This document shows, piece by piece, positions 51,712 through 59,428 of a stretch of DNA of 64,000 bases. Made by a program: the position numbers and the translations under genes. Positions within the stretch are counted from its first letter, which is position 1. Each line of letters opens with the position of its first letter. The stretch lies in assembly GCA_020720765.1 (NCBI GenBank), contig DYOB01000003.1, positions 3,170-67,169 of the forward strand. The letters run 5' to 3'. The stretch is from Borreliella garinii (lineage in GTDB: Bacteria > Spirochaetota > Spirochaetia > JABEVK01). The notes under the pieces are model-generated. The model saw only the letters and a program-made list of their open reading frames with translations, was not told the origin of the DNA and ran no database searches.

Positions 51712-51888
51712 TCAATAAAAGACGAGGGCCATATAAGGCAGGAAAACCAGGAAACTCAAGAAGGTAACGGGAGCAACCGCTCCAACGAGAGCAATGGTGG
51801 TCCTGTTCATACGTAGACGGGGAAGTGTAACTGAGGCGATTCCTACTAAAGCTATAAGGGCTAGAATCTCGGAAAGGTGAAAATCTAT
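51712..51888 (-). pseudogene. Remnant of an ArsB/NhaD (YbiR-like) anion permease
   Basis: Frame with no canonical start for the N-terminal part, reading GIASVTLPRLRMNRTTIALVGA (family N-terminus) joined to PVTFLSFLVFL..F (C-terminus-like). Confidence 0.55.
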
Positions 51889-52247
51889 TGTTCGAGTTCC
51901 CTGTCCCAGCGGCTTATTCCGCCGAAGTCAACGACATTAGTATAGCCGGCCTGCTCTAAGGCATATTTCGCCTGGGAGCTTCTGTTTCCAGACCTGCAAT
52001 ACACGACAATAAGTTTTTCTTTATCCGTGGTGGGTATTTGGGTAAGAATTTCTGTGTGAGGTACGTTGAGAGAACCTGGAATCCTTCCGGTTTGGTATTC
52101 TCCCGGGGTTCTGACATCAACAAGGACGAAATCTTCATCCCTGAGAATCATCCCAGCAAGGTCTGCGGGCGTTAAATTCGTATTTGCTGTAATTGAACAA
52201 GAAAGGTTCGCTAAGACCAACAAACTTAAACCCAGAAGTTTATTCAT
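51885..52247 (-). CDS. Rhodanese-domain lipoprotein
   Basis: LVDVRTPGEY, IPGS, VYCRSGNRS; N-terminal signal with Cys. Confidence 0.92.
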   Translation of the reverse strand: MNKLLGLSLLVLANLSCSITANTNLTPADLAGMILRDEDFVLVDVRTPGEYQTGRIPGSLNVPHTEILTQIPTTDKEKLIVVYCRSGNRSSQAKYALEQAGYTNVVDFGGISRWDRELEQ

Positions 52248-52303
52248 TATTTACCTTGTAGTTTTATGATGCTTGTTTTTTAACTTTAAGGCAACCGGCC
52301 AGA

Positions 52304-52867
52304 TCAATTAAGGCAGGGTTTTATTCCTGTAATAGCGGCGATGCTGTAAATACCGCCTAGTTTTTTGAGAAGAAATGTCCACAGATCGGACGGAGCCTCA
52401 TGAAAAATATCTTCGAGTTTTGCAGGAATAACCTTCCACGATTCCGAGTCAATTTCCGCTTCAAGCTGCCCGGCCCCCCAACCAGCGTACCCCGCAAAAA
52501 GCAGAACTTTTGGGCGTTCCAAAACATCAAGTTTAGGCCACGCATTTAAAAGATAATCACCGTGCGTTGAAAGGAAGGCGCCACCTTCCCAGGAGGAATT
52601 CGCCGAAAAGGATTCGTTGATGATAAAGAGCCGGTTGGGTTCAACGGGTCCACCGATTCGCAGTGGAATTTTTCCAGCTTCGGTCCCGAGAAAACCTGGC
52701 ACAGCCTGATCAAGGGTTGCAGAGATGGGGCGGTTGATAACGAGGCCAACCGCTCCTTCTTTATCATGGGAAAGTAAAAGAACTACAGTTCTAAAAAAAT
52801 TAGGGTCGTCCAAGGCTGGTTCGGCGAGTAAAAACTGACCTGTAAGGTTCTGTTCCCCTTCCATCAT
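52304..52867 (-). CDS. YqgE/AlgH (UPF0301) family protein
   Basis: DPNFFRTVVL, GLVINRP, GGPV, GYAGWGAGQLEAE. Confidence 0.93.
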   Translation of the reverse strand: MMEGEQNLTGQFLLAEPALDDPNFFRTVVLLLSHDKEGAVGLVINRPISATLDQAVPGFLGTEAGKIPLRIGGPVEPNRLFIINESFSANSSWEGGAFLSTHGDYLLNAWPKLDVLERPKVLLFAGYAGWGAGQLEAEIDSESWKVIPAKLEDIFHEAPSDLWTFLLKKLGGIYSIAAITGIKPCLN

Positions 52868-52882
52868 TGTTCCTTTCGAGAA

Positions 52883-53941
52883 TTAAAGTGAACGACGCTT
52901 TCTTACAGCTTCGGCTAAAGTTTGTATCACGGGCACGGTTTCATCCCAACTCAGGCAGGCGTCAGTAATGCTTACCCCGTATTTGAGGGTTTCGAGAGGG
53001 CCTTCTTTTTGATTGCCCCCTATGAGATGGCTTTCAAGCATCACACCAAAAACATTTTTACCGCCTTCAGAAATTTGACGCGCTATTTCCTGTGCTGCAA
53101 CTGGTTGGAGAGTGTGGTCTTTTTTACTGTTTCCGTGACTGCAGTCCACCATGACCCTGGCGGGAAGTTTGGCGTCTTCGAGTGCGCGGACGGTACTTTC
53201 AACGCTGGCCTGGTCGTAATTCACAGAATTTCCTGCTCCGCGTAGGATTATATGACAGTGGTTATTTCCCTTGGTATGGACAATGGCAGCGATTCCCTGC
53301 TTGGTTACACTGAGAAAATGATGGGGTATAGCGGCGGCGTGAATTGCATCAACGGCGATTTTAATGTTTCCATCCGTGCCATTTTTAAAACCTATCGTAG
53401 CGCTCATACCGCTTGCTAGTTCACGGTGAATTTGGCTTTCGGTTGTTCGTGCGCCTATTGCTCCCCAGGTTATTGTGTCTGCAATAAATTGAGGGGTGAT
53501 GGTATCCAGAAATTCACAGGCGGCAGGAAGTTCGAGAGCAGCCAAATCTACAAGAAGTTTCCGCGCCATTCTGAGCCCGATATTGATTTGAAAGCTATTA
53601 TCTAAAAAGGGATCGTTGATCAAACCCTTCCAGCCGTGCCGGCTTCTGGGCTTTTCAAAATACACCCGCATAAGGATTTCAACGTCTTTTTGAAGAGAAA
53701 CCCTTAAAGCCGCAAGTTTTTTAGCGTACTCGTGTGCGGCCTTTAAATCATGGATACTGCACGGGCCGACTATGATGAGGAGTCTGTCATCCTTACCAGT
53801 GAGAATATGTTCAACATTTTTTCTGCTTTCAGCGACGAATTTTTCACCCTTGCTGGTCAGGGGGATTTCTTCCATCAAAATAGCCGGGGGAATAAGAGGC
53901 TTAAGTTCCTGGATGCGGAGGTCGTCGGTTTGATAGGGCAT
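52883..53941 (-). CDS. aroG: 3-deoxy-7-phosphoheptulonate (DAHP) synthase, type I-alpha
   Basis: Start MPYQTDDLRI; GPCSIHD, RVYFEKPR, GWKGLINDP, IGARTTESQ, VDCSHGNS, SITDAC. Isoenzyme (aroF/G/H) not resolvable. Confidence 0.92.
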   Translation of the reverse strand: MPYQTDDLRIQELKPLIPPAILMEEIPLTSKGEKFVAESRKNVEHILTGKDDRLLIIVGPCSIHDLKAAHEYAKKLAALRVSLQKDVEILMRVYFEKPRSRHGWKGLINDPFLDNSFQINIGLRMARKLLVDLAALELPAACEFLDTITPQFIADTITWGAIGARTTESQIHRELASGMSATIGFKNGTDGNIKIAVDAIHAAAIPHHFLSVTKQGIAAIVHTKGNNHCHIILRGAGNSVNYDQASVESTVRALEDAKLPARVMVDCSHGNSKKDHTLQPVAAQEIARQISEGGKNVFGVMLESHLIGGNQKEGPLETLKYGVSITDACLSWDETVPVIQTLAEAVRKRRSL

Positions 53942-54039
53942 GACTAGCAGAATAAGGAAAAACACCAAAAGGGACAAGAAGGTGGCTTAAAAAGAATGCT
54001 TTTCGGCAAGAATCTGGTATAATGACTTTGGAGGCTTCT

Positions 54040-54930
54040 ATGAAACAGATCGCAATGGCGGGGTTCCTGGTAATTTTATCGGGAAGTATTTTTTCCCAAT
54101 CCCCTGACGGGTCTTCCCCCGGTATCGGCGGCATTCCAAGGCTGGAAGCCGACCCGTATTACTTCGCAACAGGTTTCGAGTTCGGAGAGGCGAACGACAC
54201 GTATAAAAACCAGATAAAATTTGAGGTTGGTTTAAAATATAATGCTCTCGGTTTTAATGCAGGACCTGTACCTGTGGATTTTTTATTGCTCTATTACCAA
54301 ACATCTTTTTTTCATATTTATGACCTTACCGACAGCCAGCCAATGTACGATCATCGATACAATTTTGCTACAACTATCAGGATTCGTTTCGACCAGATCG
54401 TCCCATACGAGCTTTTTTCAGGAATCAGGTTAACGCCCTTTCACCACGAATCCAACGGCGGTGATTTGCTTTCTTCACGGGGCTGGGATCGTGCTACGGT
54501 TGCTTTTGATTTTGGGTCGGTAACCAGAGGCTTTTTTGCATTAAGTCTTTTTGTGAATGCGTATGTTTACCGTTTGGATGACGCTAATACCGACTTGCAT
54601 AAATACCTTGGCATAGGCGGAGCGACAGCTACTTTAAATATTCTGAAACTCTTAAGTCTAGGGGACCAGGGACTTTGGGATCTATACTCTTTCGGGGACG
54701 CCACGGTCAGGGCAACTTGGGTTTTTGCCGAAGAAAATTTATCGAATATAAAACTCGAAGTTTTTTATAACCCCATAACCACCTATTTTAAATATTTTGA
54801 AAGAAAAAACCCCAATGGCATCTGGTCTCCCAGTCTGTATTTTCAATGGTTTTACGGCAAAGGTGAAAACCTTCGAGACTACAAAGACGTTCATAATGTG
54901 GTAAGGGTGGGGCTTGCAACGGTTTTATGA
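54040..54930 (+). CDS. pldA: Outer membrane phospholipase A (OMPLA)
   Basis: GGAGG RBS and signal peptide; YYQTSFF, HHESNG catalytic motif, SRGWDR, LYFQWFYGKGENLRDY. Confidence 0.85.
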   Translation: MKQIAMAGFLVILSGSIFSQSPDGSSPGIGGIPRLEADPYYFATGFEFGEANDTYKNQIKFEVGLKYNALGFNAGPVPVDFLLLYYQTSFFHIYDLTDSQPMYDHRYNFATTIRIRFDQIVPYELFSGIRLTPFHHESNGGDLLSSRGWDRATVAFDFGSVTRGFFALSLFVNAYVYRLDDANTDLHKYLGIGGATATLNILKLLSLGDQGLWDLYSFGDATVRATWVFAEENLSNIKLEVFYNPITTYFKYFERKNPNGIWSPSLYFQWFYGKGENLRDYKDVHNVVRVGLATVL

Positions 54931-55691
54931 AACAAAATGAACTCTCAGAGTTGATGGTTTTTGCAAAAGAACTCGCCGTGCTGGGGGGTAAAAAAACCCT
55001 CCAGTATTTCCGCACGGAATTTTCTGTGGAATCAAAAGCCGATGAAAGTCCCGTCACAATAGCAGACAAAGAAACCGAACTCCTTATGAGGGCTGAAATA
55101 GAGGAACGTTTCCCCGACCACGGAATTCTTGGTGAAGAGTTCGGAGAAAAAGACGGTGCGGGTGAGTATACATGGATCATCGACCCTATAGACGGTACAA
55201 AATCCTTTATCCACGGTATTCCGCTTTACACCGTCCTTGTCGCACTCATGCACAAAGGCAAGCCGATAATCGGTGTTATTCACAACCCATTCCTTGAAGA
55301 AACCGTATGGGCAGCGACGGGGCTGGGGTGTTTTTATAACGGAAAATCCTCGAAAATCCGCCAGTCGTCGACGCTTGAACACGCCTGGGTACATATAACC
55401 GACCCCGCGGACCTCCTTCGCCGCTGGCCCTCTTCTCAGGAATTACTTCAAAAAGCAAAATATGTAAGGACTTGGGGTGACGGGTACGGCTACTTGCTAG
55501 TAGCCAGCGGCAGGGCTGATTTAATGATAGATGCGAAAATGAATCTCTGGGACATCGCTTGCTTAGTCCCCGTTATCGAAGAAGCCGGAGGTGTGATCTG
55601 GGATCTTCACGGAAATCCGGGTTTAGGTGATTCGAGCATAGCCGGCGGCGAAGGTCTTGTTAGAACGGTTATTGCGACTTTAAAGCGATGA
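54927..55691 (+). CDS. hisN: Histidinol-phosphatase, inositol monophosphatase family
   Basis: KADESPVTIAD, ILGEEFG, WIIDPIDGTKSF, RTWGDGYGY, WDIA. Confidence 0.85.
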   Translation: MKQNELSELMVFAKELAVLGGKKTLQYFRTEFSVESKADESPVTIADKETELLMRAEIEERFPDHGILGEEFGEKDGAGEYTWIIDPIDGTKSFIHGIPLYTVLVALMHKGKPIIGVIHNPFLEETVWAATGLGCFYNGKSSKIRQSSTLEHAWVHITDPADLLRRWPSSQELLQKAKYVRTWGDGYGYLLVASGRADLMIDAKMNLWDIACLVPVIEEAGGVIWDLHGNPGLGDSSIAGGEGLVRTVIATLKR

Positions 55692-56521
55692 CGGGATTAT
55701 TTTTTTCCCTTAATGGAGTTCTGGTCCCGGTAAATGAAGCCAAGGTTGCCTGGGACGACATCGAGGTAACTTACGGTTATGGGGTGTATGAGACTCTTAA
55801 AGTGAGAAAGGGGCGTGTGTATTTTCCGGAAATGCACGAAGAAAGACTGTTTCACAGCGCGAAACTTGTTGATGTCGACCACCCTTGGAAAAATGGGGAT
55901 GTGCAACAGTATTTGGAAAATCTTATCCTCGCAAACCAAGCCATGGATGCCAACCTGAAAGTTCTTCTTTACGGCGGGTGTACCCAAGAAACAGCTCGGC
56001 TCGTCATTATTCAGCTGGCCCCTTTATTCCCCGATAGGAAGCTGTACCGGGACGGGGCTGCGGCTATAACCTGGGAAGGTGAAAGATGGCTGCCCAGGGC
56101 AAAAAGCCTCAATATGCTCCAAAGTTCCATGGCCTTTAATGCCGCACAGAAAGCAGGTGCTTACGATGCACTCTTTGTCAACCGAAACAGCGAAATTACG
56201 GAAGGAACGAGAACGAATTTTTGGTTTACGGATAACCAAAAACTTTACACCCCGCCCGAGGAGGAGGTCCTTGAGGGGGTGACACAGCTAACGGTTATAA
56301 CCTGTGCGAGGGAAGCCGGGATAGAAGTTGTTCGAAAACCTTTTCCTCTAAAGGCTGCTGGAGACTGGGACGGGCTTTTTCTTACGAGTACAAGCACGAA
56401 AATTATGCCGCTTAAAGCTGTAGACACACGGGTTTTTGAGATTCCCCAACTCGTCTTAAAAATGGAAAAACTTTACGATGAATGGCTCAAAAACTGGACA
56501 GATAAAACTTATCATATTTAA
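55688..56521 (+). CDS. PLP-dependent aminotransferase class IV
   Basis: YGYGVYET, H..RL..SA, AKSLN, EGTRTN, VLEGVT, FLTST. Confidence 0.9.
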   Translation: MTGLFFSLNGVLVPVNEAKVAWDDIEVTYGYGVYETLKVRKGRVYFPEMHEERLFHSAKLVDVDHPWKNGDVQQYLENLILANQAMDANLKVLLYGGCTQETARLVIIQLAPLFPDRKLYRDGAAAITWEGERWLPRAKSLNMLQSSMAFNAAQKAGAYDALFVNRNSEITEGTRTNFWFTDNQKLYTPPEEEVLEGVTQLTVITCAREAGIEVVRKPFPLKAAGDWDGLFLTSTSTKIMPLKAVDTRVFEIPQLVLKMEKLYDEWLKNWTDKTYHI

Positions 56522-56579
56522 CAGTAACCTCACGGTATTTTTATATTGGTGCGGTACCTTGTGCCCAAGGAGGACTGCA

Positions 56580-56801
56580 ATGTCACAGGTAAATGTATCG
56601 GCTAGGAACCACGTTTTTCCAGGTCAGGTGATTTCGATGACCCGGGAAGGCGCGATTCTTCATTTTTCTGATGAGACCCCGTCCCTTCAAACCGGGGAGA
56701 TGATGATCGTCACACATCATACCGGCGTACGCGAAGGGAAGGTCATATTTATGGAAGAGCACCCTGCAGCTCGCCGTTTGCACGTTCGATTCAAGAGCTA
56801 A
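56580..56801 (+). CDS. Small PilZ-like beta-barrel protein (73 aa)
   Basis: AAGGAGG RBS before ATG 56580; GQVISMTREGA (DxSxxG-like), EGKVIF, LHVRF. Confidence 0.55.
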   Translation: MSQVNVSARNHVFPGQVISMTREGAILHFSDETPSLQTGEMMIVTHHTGVREGKVIFMEEHPAARRLHVRFKS

Positions 56802-58843
56802 CGGAGCTCTCCTCGAAAAAGATTGTACTCCCGCAGGGTTTTTTCCCACTCACCCTGCGGGTCGGATTTCATGAGTTCCAACAAACTGTTGCGCACCGAA
56901 AAAAGCACATCACCGTCCTTTGAAAGATCTGCCGCCCTGAGTTTTAAAGCCCCCGCCTGTCTATTCCCTAAAACTTCACCGGGACCGCGAAGGTGTAGGT
57001 CTTCTTCCGCTATTTGAAAACCATCAGAGGTCGAACGCAGGATTTTTAACCTGTCCTTGGCTGTCTCGGTGAGAGTGTCAGCGTAAACAAGAAAACAAAA
57101 GCCTGGAATCGTTCCCCTTCCTACCCGTCCGCGGAGCTGGTGAAGGGCCGAAAGCCCGAAAATTTCGCTATGGACTATGGTTATGCACGTGGCATTTGGG
57201 ACATCAACACCGACTTCAACGACGCTAGTGGCACAGAGAATGTGCGTTTTCCCTTCCGCAAAAGAGTGCATGGCCTCGAGCTTATCCTCATCCCTCATTT
57301 TTCCATGAATCGAACCAACCGAAACCGCTGGAAACGCTGATTTGATTTCCTCCACCGCCTTCGTCAAATGCATGAGCGCGCGTTTTTCTGATTCCTCGAT
57401 AATAGGAAAGATGAAATACGCCTGGTGGCCTTGTTCCAATTGTTTTGAAACAAATTCATAGACCCTTTCCAAATGGCTCTGCAAACTTAAATAGGTGGTA
57501 ATCGGGGTTCTACCCGGGGGCAGTTCGGTGAGTGTTGAAACGTCGAGGTCGCCAAAGACCGAAAGGGCCAGCGAACGTGGAATGGGTGTTGCGCTCATCA
57601 TCAGGAGATGGATCCCCTTACCCTTTTGGAGGAGTTTCTCCCTCTGCTGAACACCGAAACGCTGTTGTTCATCGACTATCACATAACACAGGTTTTTCCA
57701 AACCAAGTCTTCCGATAAAAGTGCGTGGGTGCCGAAGACAAACTGAAGGGAGCCGTTTTGCAAGTTTTTTTGAAATTCCGCACGGTCGCGGGATGTTACA
57801 GAGGCGGTCAGAAATCCTAACTTTACCCCTGCCGGAGCAAGGTACTTATAGGCGTTCTCAGCGTGCTGGTGGGCCAAAAGTTCCGTCGGAGCTAAAAAAG
57901 CTACCTGCGCCCCGGCTTCAATAAGGGGTAAGGCTGTCAGGAAAGCAATAAGGGTTTTTCCGGATCCCACATCTCCTTGGAGGAGCCTATTCATGGTTCT
58001 TCCACTTTCAAGGTCCTGGAGAATTTCTTCACACGAATTTTTTTGGGAGGAGGTAAGAGGAAAGGGAAGAAGAGAAAGTGCTTTTTGATAAAGGCCTCTG
58101 GGGAGAGTGCTGGCTGTTGTTGTTTTAGAGACCCTGTCCTTTTTTCTTAAAAGCATCACCCCAGTGAGAAAATACAATTCACGCCAAACTAGCGCCTTTC
58201 GGGCGGTTTCGGCAAATTCCAGGTTTTCAGGTTGGTGTACAGCCCTGAAAAGTGAGTGCCAGGTTTGAAGGTTCAAGGTTTCTCGGATATCGGCCGGGAT
58301 CTCTTCTGTAAGATCCTTCGTCATCGCAACCGCTTGTTCGACGGCCCGTCTGACCTGGGTTTGTTTAAGGCCCGCTGTTAAAGGGTAGATGCCCAGCACT
58401 TTTCCCAGGTTCGGGGGTTGTGGTTTGTCTGAAGTCAGGGGTAGAAGTTCAAACTGGCTGGACTGAAGCTCCTGATACCGCCAGCTGACAGGACCGAAGT
58501 AATGACCCTTAGCACCAACGGGGAACTGGGTTTTATAAAAATCCCTGTTAAAACACATTAGGCTCAATTCGGTTCCTTCATGATCTTCAACAACCATCTT
58601 CAAAGTAGAAAGGTTTTTTCCTATCCATTCATGGCTTTTTACTGTGATGGTACATAAGGCCGCTGTTTCATTCGAAGAGGCGCTCTGAAAGCTGGTAACT
58701 TTTCTTCTATCTTCGTAGTCCCGGGGGAGAAAAAATAGAAGATCGAGTACGCTGATAACACCAAGATTGGAAAACAATTGTATTCCGGCGGGGCCGATTC
58801 CCTTGAGCTTGGAAAGCGGGAGTTGAATTTCTGAAAGGTACAT
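56798..58843 (-). CDS. recG: ATP-dependent DNA helicase RecG
   Basis: LKGIGP, PRDYEDR, LLQGDVGSGKT, DEQQRFG, SATPIPR, QLRGRVGRG, DGFQIAEEDL.RGPG. Confidence 0.96.
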   Translation of the reverse strand: MYLSEIQLPLSKLKGIGPAGIQLFSNLGVISVLDLLFFLPRDYEDRRKVTSFQSASSNETAALCTITVKSHEWIGKNLSTLKMVVEDHEGTELSLMCFNRDFYKTQFPVGAKGHYFGPVSWRYQELQSSQFELLPLTSDKPQPPNLGKVLGIYPLTAGLKQTQVRRAVEQAVAMTKDLTEEIPADIRETLNLQTWHSLFRAVHQPENLEFAETARKALVWRELYFLTGVMLLRKKDRVSKTTTASTLPRGLYQKALSLLPFPLTSSQKNSCEEILQDLESGRTMNRLLQGDVGSGKTLIAFLTALPLIEAGAQVAFLAPTELLAHQHAENAYKYLAPAGVKLGFLTASVTSRDRAEFQKNLQNGSLQFVFGTHALLSEDLVWKNLCYVIVDEQQRFGVQQREKLLQKGKGIHLLMMSATPIPRSLALSVFGDLDVSTLTELPPGRTPITTYLSLQSHLERVYEFVSKQLEQGHQAYFIFPIIEESEKRALMHLTKAVEEIKSAFPAVSVGSIHGKMRDEDKLEAMHSFAEGKTHILCATSVVEVGVDVPNATCITIVHSEIFGLSALHQLRGRVGRGTIPGFCFLVYADTLTETAKDRLKILRSTSDGFQIAEEDLHLRGPGEVLGNRQAGALKLRAADLSKDGDVLFSVRNSLLELMKSDPQGEWEKTLREYNLFRGELR

Positions 58844-59409
58844 CAGTAAAGCACGCGTGAAAGGAGACGAAAACCGAATTCACCCCCGAAGTAGATCAGA
58901 ATCCCCAGCAAGGCAAAAATAATCAAACCGGTTCTATAGGTGAGAAAGCCCTTTCTGAGAATCATACCGATTCTGGAAACAGGGGGCATAAGGAGTTGGT
59001 CTATGAAGTGCCAGATAGGGGCATTTCTAAAAGCGGGGAAAGCAAATCCCAAAAGGCGAGCCAGAGATAAAATGATAAACAAGCCTAGCATAAAGCTTAT
59101 AAACGACCAGATCATTCCCAGGATAAAATACGCAATTCCCCCCACGGTAGGAATTGAACCTATGCGGAAATACATCAGAATATAGACCAGGAGATTGAGT
59201 ACTAGGAATGCAGCCAGCGGGCTAAAATCCATTTGCTTGGTTCTTAAAAAGGAGAGTCCCCTGAAAAGATTGAGATAGGGATCAACAATGTTATTCAGAA
59301 AGGTTACCCCTTCATGGCGCAAACCCGTCCACCCTAGGATGATGCGGATAACAATAAGAAAGAGATAAATTTGTATCAGGGCGATAGCAGCGCCGATTAT
59401 CGTTGCCAA
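58843..59409 (-). CDS. yggT: YggT family membrane protein
   Basis: RIILGW, DPYLNLFR, MDFSP; two YGGT repeats; AGGAGG RBS and TTG start. Confidence 0.88.
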   Translation of the reverse strand: MATIIGAAIALIQIYLFLIVIRIILGWTGLRHEGVTFLNNIVDPYLNLFRGLSFLRTKQMDFSPLAAFLVLNLLVYILMYFRIGSIPTVGGIAYFILGMIWSFISFMLGLFIILSLARLLGFAFPAFRNAPIWHFIDQLLMPPVSRIGMILRKGFLTYRTGLIIFALLGILIYFGGEFGFRLLSRVLY

Positions 59410-59428
59410 GGTTTCCTCCTATTGTATT

